A stretch of DNA of 64,000 bases. Source: Clostridia bacterium. Its GTDB lineage: Bacteria; Bacillota; Clostridia; UMGS1840. Position numbers and translations under genes: made by a program. A model generated the notes under the pieces. The model ran no database searches. It was not told the origin of the DNA and saw only the letters and a list, made by a program, of their open reading frames with translations. Position 1 is the stretch's first letter. Every line of letters begins with the position of its first letter. Positions 8,825 through 18,892 of this stretch are shown here, piece after piece. The stretch is from positions 9,766-73,765 of the forward strand of contig JAFUIN010000018.1 of NCBI GenBank assembly GCA_017468465.1, written 5' to 3'.

Positions 8825-10576
8825 ATGACAGACAACAAATTTGTGTTAAGCTGGGTTGAAGAAATGAAAGCCCTTGTAAAGCCCGCTAACGTAGTATGGA
8901 TTGACGGTTCCGAAGAACAGCTGGAAAGCTTAAGAGAACAGTCTTGCAAATCCGGCGAAATGATCAGACTGGATCAGGAAAAACTGCCGGGATGCTTTTA
9001 TCATAGAACTGCGCAGAACGACGTTGCTCGTGTAGAAGACAGAACCTTTATCTGTGCAGAAAGCGCAGAAGAAGCCGGCCCCACCAACAACTGGATGGAC
9101 CCCAAAGCTGCTTACGAAAAATTAGGCAAGCTGTTTGATGGCTCCATGGCTGGAAAAACCATGTATGTAATTCCCTTCATTATGGGTGTGTTAGGCTCTC
9201 CCTTCTCTAAAGTTGGTATCGAGCTGACCGACAGCATCTATGTTGTGCTGAACATGGCAATTATGACCCGTGTTGGCATTCAGGCAGAAAAACAGCTGGG
9301 CGACAGCGCAGACTTCACCAAATGCTTACACGCTTGTAAAGATGTAAACCCCGATGAAAGATGGATTATGCACTTCCCCCAGGACAACACCATCTGGAGC
9401 ATCAACTCCGCATACGGCGGAAACGTATTGCTGGGTAAAAAATGTCTGGCTCTCAGAATTGCAAGCTATTTAGGTAAAAAAGAAGGCTGGATGGCTGAAC
9501 ACATGCTCATCTTAGGTCTGGAAAATCCGAAAGGCGAAGTAAAATACATTGCTGCAGCATTCCCGTCTGCTTGTGGTAAAACCAACCTGGCAATGTTAAT
9601 TCCGCCCGCTATCTTAAAAGGCTATAAAGTATACACCGTAGGTGATGATATCGCTTGGATTCGTGTTGGTAAAGACGGCAGACTCTGGGCTATGAACCCC
9701 GAAGCAGGCTTCTTCGGTGTTGCGCCGGGTACCTCTAACAAAACCAACCCCAACGCATTGGCTACTACCATGAAAAACACCATCTTCACCAACGTATTCT
9801 TAAAAGACGATAACACTGTTTGGTGGGAAGGTATGGACGGTGATGCTCCGGCATCCGGTATCGACTGGCTGGGCAATCCCTGGACTCCCGAAAGCGGTGT
9901 AAAAGGTGCACATCCCAACTCCAGATTTACCGCTCCGGCTGCACAGTGCCCCTGCATTTCTCCCGAATTTGAATCTACCGAAGGTGTTCCGCTGTCTGCA
10001 ATCGTATTTGGCGGCAGACGTGCAAAAACTGCTCCGCTGGTATACCAGTCCTTCAACTGGAACCACGGTGTATTCATGGGTGCTACCATGGCTTCCGAAA
10101 CCACCGCTGCTGCTGCAGGTCAGGTTGGTGTGGTTCGCCGTGACCCCATGGCTATGATTCCCTTCTGCGGATACAACATGGGTGACTACTTCCAGCACTG
10201 GCTGGATATGGGCACCAAAACCGATAAACTGCCCTTAATCTTCCACGTAAACTGGTTCAGAACCAATGCAGACGGCAAATTCATCTGGCCCGGCTTTGGT
10301 GACAACATTCGTGTACTGAACTGGATTTTGGCAAGATGTGCAGGCGAAGTTGACGCTGTAGAAACTGCAATCGGTTACCTGCCCAAGAAAGAAGATTTAG
10401 ACTTAACCGGTTTAGACATTTCTGATGAAGTGTTAGACGAACTGTTAAGCGTTGATAAAGAAGTTTGGCTGGAAGAAACCAAAGGCATCGGCGAATTCTT
10501 TGCAAAATTTGGCGACAGATTACCCAAAGAATTGGCTGCTGAACTGGAAAACTTAAAAGCAAGACTTTCTAAATAA
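8825..10576 (+). CDS. pckG: Phosphoenolpyruvate carboxykinase (GTP)
   Basis: About 583 aa with the FPSACGKTN kinase-1a motif and GTP-PEPCK length. Start set at ATG 8825, 9 nt after AAGGAG. Confidence 0.9.
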   Translation: MTDNKFVLSWVEEMKALVKPANVVWIDGSEEQLESLREQSCKSGEMIRLDQEKLPGCFYHRTAQNDVARVEDRTFICAESAEEAGPTNNWMDPKAAYEKLGKLFDGSMAGKTMYVIPFIMGVLGSPFSKVGIELTDSIYVVLNMAIMTRVGIQAEKQLGDSADFTKCLHACKDVNPDERWIMHFPQDNTIWSINSAYGGNVLLGKKCLALRIASYLGKKEGWMAEHMLILGLENPKGEVKYIAAAFPSACGKTNLAMLIPPAILKGYKVYTVGDDIAWIRVGKDGRLWAMNPEAGFFGVAPGTSNKTNPNALATTMKNTIFTNVFLKDDNTVWWEGMDGDAPASGIDWLGNPWTPESGVKGAHPNSRFTAPAAQCPCISPEFESTEGVPLSAIVFGGRRAKTAPLVYQSFNWNHGVFMGATMASETTAAAAGQVGVVRRDPMAMIPFCGYNMGDYFQHWLDMGTKTDKLPLIFHVNWFRTNADGKFIWPGFGDNIRVLNWILARCAGEVDAVETAIGYLPKKEDLDLTGLDISDEVLDELLSVDKEVWLEETKGIGEFFAKFGDRLPKELAAELENLKARLSK

Positions 10577-10596
10577 TAAGAAAATTGCATGAAAAA

Positions 10597-10627
10597 ACTC
10601 TGCTCAAGCTCTGAGCAGAGTTTTTTG
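10597..10627 (+). terminator. Intrinsic terminator after the PEPCK gene
   Basis: 10-bp stem ACTCTGCTCA/TGAGCAGAGT followed by TTTTTT. Confidence 0.75.
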
Positions 10628-10847
10628 TTATAAAGCATTTGTACGATTGGAAACCTGTGTGCTTTTTTTGGAGTGAAGGAGAGATCACGAACAACAGCAG
10701 TTTTCTCTCCTTCCGTCTATTGCTGTGGGGATAGCCAAAACATATCACACCAAAGGAAAAATGTCCATATTTTTCAAAAAAAAGATTGTAATTTTTCCCC
10801 ATTTAAGATATACTATAGAAAGACTGATATAAAAAAGGAGTTTTTTT

Positions 10848-12101
10848 ATGAAGTGTGCAATTATAGCCGTTGGAACCGAAGTGGTTTCCGGCGACATCGT
10901 AAATACAAATGCCCCTTATATTGCCAATGTGTTGAAGCCCTACGGTATTCGTACAGTGCTTCAAATGGCAGTGGAAGATACCGAAAAGGATATTATAAAG
11001 GCGGTAAAGAGAGGCTTAAAAAAGGCAGAGCTGGTGATTACTACCGGCGGGCTTGGTCCTACCTATGACGATATTACCAAAAAAGCGGTGGCGCGCGTGT
11101 TGGAACGGGAATTGGTGCGGGACGAATATTCGGTGGAAATGCTCAATTTATATTTTCGCCGTGCGGAAAAAAAGATGACTGAAAGTAATCTCAGCCAATG
11201 TTATTTTCCAAAAGGTTCTCGTGTGATTCAAAACCCCAACGGTACTGCGCCGGCAAGCATTACTCACACCAAAAAAGGAACGGTGATGATGCTGCCCGGG
11301 CCTCCGGTGGAGGTTTCGGCACTCTTAAAAACCGAGGACATTCAAAACTATCTGGAAAGCTTAAAAACCGAAGAAATTATGGAAACTACCATAAAATTTT
11401 TTGGCATTGGAGAGTCGCATCTGGAAGAGCTTTTGTCCGATTATATGAAAAAAGAGGACAATCTGATTTTAGCACCCTATGCCAAAACCGGTGAAGTGCA
11501 GCTGAAGATTACTGCAAAGGGCAAAACTCACGAGCAAGCGAAGGAATTGACCGATTCCTTAAAAGAAAAGCTTTATGAAATTGTAGGAGAATATATCTAT
11601 GCCGAGGGAAATCAATCCTTGGAAGAGGTTCTTCTTGCCTCTCTTTTGGAAAACAGACAAACGCTGGTGACGGCAGAGTCTTGCACCGGGGGACTCATTG
11701 GTGAAATGATGACTGCAATCCCCGGTTCTTCAGAAGTGTATGCCGGTGGGGTGGTAACCTATTCCAATCAGCTAAAAATGCGCCTGGTGAGCGTTTCCGA
11801 GGAAACCCTGGCAGAATATGGTGCAGTGTCAAAGGGCACAGCCTGTGAAATGGCAGAGGGCGCCAGAAAGAACCTGGGTGGCGACATCGGTATTTCGGTC
11901 ACAGGGATTGCAGGTCCCGGTGGCGGAACCGATGAAAAACCGGTAGGGCTGGTGTATATCGGTGTTTCTACCCGAGAGAAAACCGACGCTTACCGATTCC
12001 ATTTTGTTGGAAATCGGGAGAAGGTGCGCACCCTTTCCGCAAAAAATGCACTCCACCTGGCACTTCAGGCATCCAAACAACTGGGCAAAATCGAAAAATA
12101 G
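10848..12101 (+). CDS. cinA: CinA family competence/damage-inducible protein (MoCF-binding domain plus PncC-type NMN amidohydrolase domain)
   Basis: 417 aa with the typical two-domain layout and the conserved cinA-recA gene order. TTGTAA-17-TATACT promoter at 10786-10814. Confidence 0.85.
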   Translation: MKCAIIAVGTEVVSGDIVNTNAPYIANVLKPYGIRTVLQMAVEDTEKDIIKAVKRGLKKAELVITTGGLGPTYDDITKKAVARVLERELVRDEYSVEMLNLYFRRAEKKMTESNLSQCYFPKGSRVIQNPNGTAPASITHTKKGTVMMLPGPPVEVSALLKTEDIQNYLESLKTEEIMETTIKFFGIGESHLEELLSDYMKKEDNLILAPYAKTGEVQLKITAKGKTHEQAKELTDSLKEKLYEIVGEYIYAEGNQSLEEVLLASLLENRQTLVTAESCTGGLIGEMMTAIPGSSEVYAGGVVTYSNQLKMRLVSVSEETLAEYGAVSKGTACEMAEGARKNLGGDIGISVTGIAGPGGGTDEKPVGLVYIGVSTREKTDAYRFHFVGNREKVRTLSAKNALHLALQASKQLGKIEK

Positions 12102-12132
12102 AACATTTGTTCGATTTTTTTGTCAAAATCTA

Positions 12133-12160
12133 TTGACATTTGTAAAAATTTTGCTATAAT
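12133..12160 (+). promoter_or_regulatory. Predicted recA promoter
   Basis: TTGACA, 16-nt spacer, TGC-TATAAT. Confidence 0.6.
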
Positions 12161-12209
12161 GGGGATAAGAAATGAAGATTGCCCGAGTGGGGAAAGGAAT
12201 ATAGAAACC

Positions 12210-13217
12210 ATGGATTTAGAATTGGAAAAACGCAAAGATGACCGTAAAAAAGCACTGGAAGCTGCAATGGCACAACTGGATAAACAGTTTGGAAAAGGCA
12301 CAGTAATGCGCCTTGGTGAAAATCTTTCAATGGACGTGGATGTGATCCCCACCGGGATTATGACGTTAGACCGTGCTACCGGTGTAGGCGGTGTCCCCAG
12401 AGGCAGAGTCATTGAAATTTACGGTCCGGAAAGCTCCGGGAAAACCACCGTTGCCCTTACCATCATTGCAGAGGCACAAAAAAACGGTGGGGAAGCCGCT
12501 TTTATTGATGCAGAGCATGCGCTGGACCCCATTTATGCAAAACGATTGGGCGTGGATATTGATTCTTTGCTCATTTCTCAGCCCGATACCGGTGAGCAGG
12601 CGCTGGAAATCTGCGAAGCATTGGTTCGCAGTAATGCACTGGATGTTATCGTTATCGACTCGGTTGCAGCTTTGGTGCCCCGTCAGGAAATCGAAGGGGA
12701 TATGGGTGATTCTCATGTTGGTCTTCAGGCAAGGCTGATGTCTCAGGCACTCCGGAAGCTGACCAGCGTGATCAACAAAACCAAAACCACTACCATTTTT
12801 ATCAATCAGCTTCGTGAAAAGGTGGGTGTAATGTTTGGAAATCCCGAAACTACCACCGGTGGACGTGCGCTAAAATTCTATTCCTCCATGCGTCTGGATG
12901 TGCGCCGCTCCGAAGCCATCAAAAACGGCACCGAAATTATCGGCAACAAGGTCAAGGTAAAAGTGGTGAAAAATAAGGTTGCACCGCCTTTTAAGGATGC
13001 AGAGTTTGACATTTTGTACGGAGAAGGCGTTTCCAAAAACGGAATGCTTCTGGATTTAGGCGTGGAAGCTGACATTGTGGAAAAAAGCGGTGCCTGGTAT
13101 AACTATGGCGAAATCCGCCTTGGACAGGGCAGAGAAAACGCCCGCATTTACTTAAATGAAAATCCACAGCTTGCGAAAGAGATTGAAGAAAAAATCCGTG
13201 ACAACTGGGACGACTAA
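12210..13217 (+). CDS. recA: Recombinase RecA
   Basis: GPESSGKTT Walker A and the canonical RecA sequence throughout. Start moved to ATG 12210 ([11 protein letters not shown]...) because the ORF-track start lies upstream of the promoter. Confidence 0.95.
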   Translation: MDLELEKRKDDRKKALEAAMAQLDKQFGKGTVMRLGENLSMDVDVIPTGIMTLDRATGVGGVPRGRVIEIYGPESSGKTTVALTIIAEAQKNGGEAAFIDAEHALDPIYAKRLGVDIDSLLISQPDTGEQALEICEALVRSNALDVIVIDSVAALVPRQEIEGDMGDSHVGLQARLMSQALRKLTSVINKTKTTTIFINQLREKVGVMFGNPETTTGGRALKFYSSMRLDVRRSEAIKNGTEIIGNKVKVKVVKNKVAPPFKDAEFDILYGEGVSKNGMLLDLGVEADIVEKSGAWYNYGEIRLGQGRENARIYLNENPQLAKEIEEKIRDNWDD

Positions 13218-13234
13218 ATAATATGGCATAAAAA

Positions 13235-13266
13235 AGGTTACTGCATTTTTGCAGTAACCTTTTTTG
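13235..13266. terminator. Bidirectional terminator (recA / ribU)
   Basis: 11-bp stem AGGTTACTGCA/TGCAGTAACCT flanked by A- and T-runs. Confidence 0.75.
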
Positions 13267-13271
13267 TATGT

Positions 13272-13847
13272 TTATTTGTAGCCGTGTAACACGGGGGATA
13301 ATCGTTTGTAGATTAAAAAGGCGATGGCCACGTTCAAAAGTCCTTTTACGAGGGTAAAGGGAAAATTCATGTAAATGAGAGCTGTCCACAAATCAGTCAC
13401 ATAGGGGTTAATTGCCTGATACATTTTAATGATGGTTTCCATAGGTAAAAAGGCAGTATAAATTGGATACACAATGTAATAGTTGGTAAAAATTCCAATC
13501 ACAGCCATAGAAAATGCTCCGATCAGAGAGCCAATCAGTGCGCCGGAACGGTTTTTCTTACGCTGATACAGCCACCCTGCAGGGGTTACAAACAGCACCC
13601 CCAACAAGAAGTTGGAAAGTGCACCGCCCAAGCCGCCGGAGGACATAAACAGATTGAAAATGTTTTTGACCAGACACACTGCAATGCCGCTTAGCGGACC
13701 AAAGGCAAAGGCTGCCAGAAGTGCAGGTAAATCGGAAAAATCCATCTTGATAAAGGACGGCATAATAGGAATGCTGAAATTAAGCAGAGTCAGCACGGTG
13801 GAAACGGCAGCAAGAAGTGCCGTTACAGTTAATTTTCTTGTTTTCAT
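13272..13847 (-). CDS. ribU: ECF transporter S component, riboflavin-specific (RibU-like)
   Basis: 191-aa multi-TM protein of S-component type, directly downstream of an FMN riboswitch. Confidence 0.75.
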   Translation of the reverse strand: MKTRKLTVTALLAAVSTVLTLLNFSIPIMPSFIKMDFSDLPALLAAFAFGPLSGIAVCLVKNIFNLFMSSGGLGGALSNFLLGVLFVTPAGWLYQRKKNRSGALIGSLIGAFSMAVIGIFTNYYIVYPIYTAFLPMETIIKMYQAINPYVTDLWTALIYMNFPFTLVKGLLNVAIAFLIYKRLSPVLHGYK

Positions 13848-13857
13848 TTTTGGTTCC

Positions 13858-13990
13858 TTTCTTTCATCCTGACTGTAACGGTCGGTATTGGAATTTCACC
13901 AATTCAGCTCAGATTTTTGAGCGCGTGGACTGTCTGCCAAGTGCGGCACTTACCACCGGTCGGGAATTTCACCCTGTCCTGAAAGTATAT
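13858..13990 (-). promoter_or_regulatory. FMN riboswitch (RFN element)
   Basis: The minus strand reads AGGACAGGGTGAAATTCCCGACCGGTGGTA...GGTGAAATTCCAATACCGACCGTTACAGTCAGGATGAAAGAAAGG, which matches the conserved RFN core blocks. The P1 3' strand abuts the ribU RBS, suggesting translational control. Confidence 0.85.
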
Positions 13991-14002
13991 TGTTTTTATT
14001 TT

Positions 14003-14935
14003 TTAGTCAAGCACATACAGCTTCACGGTTTTTTCTTCGGTGAAGGTGGTGTTTTGGGGTAGTTTTAAGGTAACAGTGTAAGAGGTGTTTTCCTCTTGCG
14101 GATTGTAGTCGTTGAGGTAGCCGTCAATTTGGGTGACAGCCTCAATTTCTGCTTCCTTACCCGCAATTTCTACTTGTTCGATATTTAGGTTGTAACGAAG
14201 CTTATCGGGCAGATTTTTAATCACAATGGGAACGGTTTTGCGTTTCAAAATGGGCACCTGCACCGTAATGCTTTCGTTGGTGATTTTTAAGAATTTATCG
14301 GTGACCTCTTCGCCACGGCTATCCACGGGAATTCCCTGGAATTCATTGTGGATTTCTGCTTTGGCGTTGGTCATATCCAGATGCACCACAACTTCGCTGA
14401 TTTTCGGTGCCACCAGTTCTGGCACCTTCACAGTTGCCTGTTTGGGAGAGATCACAATGTTTTCTTTGTCAATGTAATAATCCGGATTCAAAGTGCCGTC
14501 ATAAGAGAGCTTGATGGGCTTTTGTGTGGTGATAATCCGGTCAACATATAAGGAAATATTAGCCGGGCTTTTGGACACTACAGAAACATTTCCGTCTTCT
14601 GATTTCACCCGGACAGAGCACGAGAAATCTCCTGCGTTTTTGGCGGTGGAGACATCCACATAGGCAGATAGTGCAGAGGGGTCGAAGGTGCTTAAATAAG
14701 AGCGCTTTCCGGAAACGGTCAGAGTGGTGGTTAAGTTTTTGGGAATCGAACTGATAACATAACCTTCGCTGTTGATATCTGCTTCCCCGGTGATGGTAAT
14801 GGGGATGTCAAAGGATTCATAGCTGATTTCGGGATTCAGATTCAGTTGCACAAATGCCCATAAGAGAATTGCAATCAATAAGGAAAACACTTTCAAAACG
14901 GTGTTTCGTTTGAATGCGTCTACAAATTTTTTCAT
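14003..14935 (-). CDS. cdaR: YbbR-domain protein, CdaR-type regulator of diadenylate cyclase
   Basis: 310 aa with an N-terminal TM helix and repeated beta-rich YbbR-like segments, immediately downstream of cdaA. Confidence 0.75.
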   Translation of the reverse strand: MKKFVDAFKRNTVLKVFSLLIAILLWAFVQLNLNPEISYESFDIPITITGEADINSEGYVISSIPKNLTTTLTVSGKRSYLSTFDPSALSAYVDVSTAKNAGDFSCSVRVKSEDGNVSVVSKSPANISLYVDRIITTQKPIKLSYDGTLNPDYYIDKENIVISPKQATVKVPELVAPKISEVVVHLDMTNAKAEIHNEFQGIPVDSRGEEVTDKFLKITNESITVQVPILKRKTVPIVIKNLPDKLRYNLNIEQVEIAGKEAEIEAVTQIDGYLNDYNPQEENTSYTVTLKLPQNTTFTEEKTVKLYVLD

Positions 14936-14956
14936 TTGGAATCCCTCCTCGCTTTT

Positions 14957-15808
14957 TTATTTTTTCATCTTGTTCACAATTTTTTTGAGATTTACTTTCT
15001 TTTGATTTTGGTCTTCTTTCAAAAGCAGTTTTTTCAGTGCATCTTTCAGCACGTTCGGGCTGATGTTTCGGGTTAAGCCACCGTTACAAGCCAAGGAAAT
15101 TTTTCCTGTTTCCTCCGAAACAATAATGGAAATGCAGTCGCTTCCCTCTGTAACGCCCAAGCCGGCTCTGTGACGGGTGCCCAGTTCCGATTCCAGACTG
15201 TCATTTTGCGACAGGGGAAGCACACAAGCGGCAGCTTTGATTTTGCCGTTGCCGATGATAATGGCACCGTCGTGCAGAGGAGCTTTCGGAAAGAAAATAT
15301 TATTGATCAGCTCGGTGGACACTGCAGAGTCCAGCATGACACCGGTTCGGATAATATCCATAATTTTTGTGTTTTGCTCCAGCACAATGAGAGCACCGAT
15401 TTTTTTCTCCGACAGGGATTTTGCCGAAGCGGTTACTGCATTGATGACATTCAAGGTAGGGTCAGAATTTTCTTCTGTGTCAAAGGTCAAAAAAGAAAAT
15501 CTGCTTTTCCCCATATTGGCAAGTGCGGAACGAATTTCCGGCTGAAACAGGATAAACACAGCCAAAACACCCACTTGCATGGTGTTTTGCAAAATGTAGT
15601 TGATGGTGTTGAGCTTAAACATTTCAGAAAGCTGAACACAAACCATCAGGATGATAATGCCTTTTAATACCTGAACTGCTCTGGTATCTTTGAAAAATTT
15701 TGCAATTTTATAGATTAAAATTGCAACAATAATAATGTCCACAATATCTGCAAAGCGAATGGCAGAAAGCTGAGATATTCCGGATGTAAAATTCAATGGG
15801 AATGGCAT
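14957..15808 (-). CDS. cdaA: Diadenylate cyclase CdaA
   Basis: Three N-terminal TM helices plus a DAC domain with DGAIII and RHRAGLG motifs. Confidence 0.9.
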   Translation of the reverse strand: MPFPLNFTSGISQLSAIRFADIVDIIIVAILIYKIAKFFKDTRAVQVLKGIIILMVCVQLSEMFKLNTINYILQNTMQVGVLAVFILFQPEIRSALANMGKSRFSFLTFDTEENSDPTLNVINAVTASAKSLSEKKIGALIVLEQNTKIMDIIRTGVMLDSAVSTELINNIFFPKAPLHDGAIIIGNGKIKAAACVLPLSQNDSLESELGTRHRAGLGVTEGSDCISIIVSEETGKISLACNGGLTRNISPNVLKDALKKLLLKEDQNQKKVNLKKIVNKMKK

Positions 15809-15995
15809 ATTATCACCTCCAACCTGTTTTTATGTAAGTTTTATATAAACTTCTTCCTTTCTATTATACTACGCTTTTTATGAAATGTCACGAAAAATTT
15901 TTTTACATTTTTGTTACAAGAATCCGGAGTATGTTTATAGGGGAAACGGTAATACTAAAAATTGATGAAATAAAGAAAAATAAGGAGAATGAAAT

Positions 15996-17243
15996 GTGTC
16001 GAATATTAAGATTACGGGCAAAATTCCGTTGGTGGGAGAAGTAAGGGTAAACGGGTCAAAAAACGCAGCATTGCCGATTTTAGCTGCTACCATTTTATGC
16101 GAAAATCCGTGCTGTATTCAGAATGTGCCCAATATTTCGGACATTTTTAATATGCAGATTTTGCTGCAGTCAACCGGCAGAAAAGGGGAATTTTCAAAAA
16201 ATTGCTACTTGTGTGAGGCAGCTGCAGAAATTTCTCCCTTTGCCTCTTACGATTTGGCAAGCAGATTGCGGGCATCCTTTTTGGTTGCCGGACCATTGGT
16301 GGCAAAAACAGGCTATGCAGAGGTTGCCTACCCGGGTGGCTGTCAAATCGGAGAACGGCCGGTGGATTTACATTTGAAGGGATTTTCCAAGCTTGGTATT
16401 ACGGTGGATATTCAGAATGGATATGTAAGCCTGAAATCAAAAAAACTACGAGGAAATAGAATCTATCTTGATTTTCCCAGTGTAGGGGCAACAGAAAATC
16501 TGATGATGACCGCAACGCTGGCAAGCGGGACAACTGTTTTGGAAAATGCTGCTGCCGAGCCTGAAATTACAGACCTTGCCAATTTTTTGAATCAAATGGG
16601 GGCAAATATTACCGGGGCGGGAACCGATACTATCACCATTGAAGGGGTGAAAAACCTTTCCGGTGGAACATATGCGGTAATTCCGGATCGAATAGAAGCC
16701 GGCACCTATATGCTGGCAGCCGCAGCAACAGGTGGAAAGGTGAAGGTGTCCAATGTTTTGACGGAGCACTTGAATCCGGTCATTGCAAAGCTCCGGGAAA
16801 CGGGAACACAGGTAGCAGTTGGGGAAAACGAGGTGTTGGTAGAGGGAAAATCCAACTACAAGGCGGTGGATATCAAAACAATGCCGCATCCCGGCTTTCC
16901 CACCGATTTACAGGCACAATTTTGCGCGATGCTTGCGGGGGCGAAGGGGACTTCTATTATCACTGAAACCATTTTCGAAAATCGGTTTCATCACCTGCCG
17001 GAGCTGAAACGACTGGGTGCAAAAATCACTACAGAGGGAAGAACGGCTGTCATTGAGGGAACCGGCAAATTGAATGGTGCACAAGTCAGAGCGGGTGATT
17101 TAAGAGCTGCGGCATCTTTAGTAATTGGAGGTCTGATGGCAGAGGGCACCACCATTGTGGAGGATAACGGATATCTGTTTCGCGGATATGAACGATTGGT
17201 GGAAAATCTCAAAAATTTAGGTGCAGATATTGAAATATTATAA
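15996..17243 (+). CDS. murA: UDP-N-acetylglucosamine 1-carboxyvinyltransferase
   Basis: 415 aa, EPSP-synthase-like fold sequence (GSKNAALPILAA, catalytic-loop Cys in YPGGCQIG). GTG start after AAGGAGA. Confidence 0.9.
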   Translation: MSNIKITGKIPLVGEVRVNGSKNAALPILAATILCENPCCIQNVPNISDIFNMQILLQSTGRKGEFSKNCYLCEAAAEISPFASYDLASRLRASFLVAGPLVAKTGYAEVAYPGGCQIGERPVDLHLKGFSKLGITVDIQNGYVSLKSKKLRGNRIYLDFPSVGATENLMMTATLASGTTVLENAAAEPEITDLANFLNQMGANITGAGTDTITIEGVKNLSGGTYAVIPDRIEAGTYMLAAAATGGKVKVSNVLTEHLNPVIAKLRETGTQVAVGENEVLVEGKSNYKAVDIKTMPHPGFPTDLQAQFCAMLAGAKGTSIITETIFENRFHHLPELKRLGAKITTEGRTAVIEGTGKLNGAQVRAGDLRAAASLVIGGLMAEGTTIVEDNGYLFRGYERLVENLKNLGADIEIL

Positions 17244-17246
17244 AAA

Positions 17247-17279
17247 ACAAGCGATAGCAGAAACGCTATCGCTTGTTTT
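17247..17279. terminator. Bidirectional terminator (murA / stalk-domain protein)
   Basis: 12-bp stem ACAAGCGATAGC/GCTATCGCTTGT with flanking A- and T-runs. Confidence 0.75.
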
Positions 17280-17291
17280 GGCTGGCGCATA

Positions 17292-18371
17292 TTAACGGGC
17301 AATTTCTGCAAGCTGGAGCTGCAGAGTAACAAAGCCTTCCATATCAAATGTCACGGTTTCGCCTAAGGAAGAAGTTAAGTCAGACAAGGTGGCAGTGACT
17401 TCATTCACGAGAATTTCACCGTTACATAATATAGAAAAGATTCCCTCAATTTGCTTATCGGTGATACTGATAAGCTTGTTTAGTTTCAGGGTGTATTGCT
17501 TGCCATCAACGGTAAAATTGCCGGAGACGGTTAAAGCTGATTGGTCGGGAGAAATTTCAAAGCCTAACAAGCCGGTTGCCTGTTCTCCGTTGTAATTTTT
17601 TGCATTCAATCCGTAAAAAACAGGGGATTGCTTTTGGGTATTTGGTTCGGTGTTTTTCAATGCGGCAAGCAGACGATAATCATATTCTTCGGTATGTAGA
17701 CTGAGCTGATTGTTTTCAACGGTTACAGTTCCTTTGATTGTTTCATATTTTACGGCTTCGTTCATAATAACCTTAAACGCTCCCGTAAATCCGTTTTGTT
17801 GGGTAGAAGTTGTTTCCACAAGCGTGATTTCGCAATCTATGTAATCTCCCAATCCGCCGTTATTGCAACGCATTTTTGCAGAAAAAGAGGCATTTTTTTG
17901 AGTGGCATCCCAAGCTAATGCTACTTCTCCTTTGATTGCTTCTTTTTGGTAGCCCGAAATTTGCAGAATTTCATTGGTGGTGTAAGAAAACTCCGAAGGC
18001 ATTGCTACAGGAGCTTGTGTCGGGTTTGGAGCTTCTGTAGGGGTTGGTGCGGGCGTTGCAACGAGGGGATTGTCGGGGAGTGTGACGTCGGTTAAGAAAA
18101 CGGTATTGGTTGTGCCGTCCCATCTGACTTCTTTTTGCAGAGCTTCTCCGATGGCACGGACCGGAAGGTAGGTTGTGCCATTTACGATAAAAGGTTCTAC
18201 GCGGTTTCCGTTGGCATCTTTTGGTTGAATTTCTGTCCCGTTGATCATAATTTTGATGTCAGAAAACCACGCTTCCAGTGTTTCACTTTCTGTTTTTGCC
18301 AGCGTGATGCCACCGGTCAGCATAGAACCGATCAGCATTCCTGATACCATGCTTCTAATGTTTTGTTTCAT
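17292..18371 (-). CDS. Secreted protein with a copper-amine-oxidase N-terminal-like (stalk) domain
   Basis: Signal-like N-terminus MKQNIRSMVSGMLIGSMLTGG after AAAGGAGG, then the NGTTYLPVRAIGEAL stalk-domain motif and a Pro/Thr/Ala linker. The ORF-track start at 18488 was rejected for lack of an RBS. Confidence 0.7.
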   Translation of the reverse strand: MKQNIRSMVSGMLIGSMLTGGITLAKTESETLEAWFSDIKIMINGTEIQPKDANGNRVEPFIVNGTTYLPVRAIGEALQKEVRWDGTTNTVFLTDVTLPDNPLVATPAPTPTEAPNPTQAPVAMPSEFSYTTNEILQISGYQKEAIKGEVALAWDATQKNASFSAKMRCNNGGLGDYIDCEITLVETTSTQQNGFTGAFKVIMNEAVKYETIKGTVTVENNQLSLHTEEYDYRLLAALKNTEPNTQKQSPVFYGLNAKNYNGEQATGLLGFEISPDQSALTVSGNFTVDGKQYTLKLNKLISITDKQIEGIFSILCNGEILVNEVTATLSDLTSSLGETVTFDMEGFVTLQLQLAEIAR

Positions 18372-18624
18372 GTTTGTTTCCTCCTTTGGAACATCTGTTT
18401 TTCGCGCGGTTGTGCGTAAAAAATGCGCAGTGCTCTGGACACTACGCATGAAAAATGCACAGCTCCTTTTGCTGCGACACAAATTCATTCATCCTATTAA
18501 AGCATGTTGAAACAGAGCCTGCATTTTTACACAAAAAAAGGTATAAAAATACACACTTTAACAGGAAGCTTTATTTGAATTTATGTCGCAAATATATTGT
18601 AACACAGTTTTAGATATTATGCAA
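18372..18624 (-). promoter_or_regulatory. Promoter plus about 218-nt structured leader with a leader terminator (cassette B)
   Basis: TTGCAT(18619-24)-17-TGT-TACAAT(18596-601). Long-range helix GCGAC(18585-90)/GUCGC(18473-78). Terminator GCGUAGUG/CACUGCGC plus AUUUUUUA at 18417-18447. Confidence 0.45.
18585..18615 (-). repeat. 31-bp direct repeat, copy 1 (promoter -10 / leader 5' end)
   Basis: GTCGCAAATATATTGTAACACAGTTTTAGAT matches 19057-19087 at 30 of 31 positions. Confidence 0.9.
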
Positions 18625-18667
18625 GCATTTTTTCCTTTTATGTTTGAAAGTAAACAATCTTTTTTTG

Positions 18668-18892
18668 TTATCGAACGGAACCATTAAACAGTCCACCGTT
18701 ATTTTTCGGGTGTCTGGGACAGCCTTCGCTAAGACAATTATCACAGTCCTGGGGTTTGAAATACTCCAGACAACAGCATAGATAATTGCACTCGTCACAA
18801 CAACATTCATTTCCATTCTCACCGTTCCCGGGGCAGTCTTTCCCATGATTTCCGGGAATCAACTCAATTCCGGTGGGTCCGTCTATAATCAT
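18668..18892 (-). CDS. Small cysteine-rich protein (11 Cys in 74 aa, two CCC triplets), function unknown
   Basis: Strong RBS (GAGGAAGG, 5 nt before the ATG). Sequence MIIDGPTGIELIPGNHGKDCPGNGENGNECCCDECNYLCCCLEYFKPQDCDNCLSEGCPRHPKNNGGLFNGSVR. I do not recognise the family. Confidence 0.6.
   Translation of the reverse strand: MIIDGPTGIELIPGNHGKDCPGNGENGNECCCDECNYLCCCLEYFKPQDCDNCLSEGCPRHPKNNGGLFNGSVR

Noticed and set aside
18610-18846. 78-aa ORF overlapping the Cys-rich gene in another frame
   Set aside because: It has no RBS and lies entirely inside the better-supported 18668-18892 ORF, so it is probably a frame shadow.
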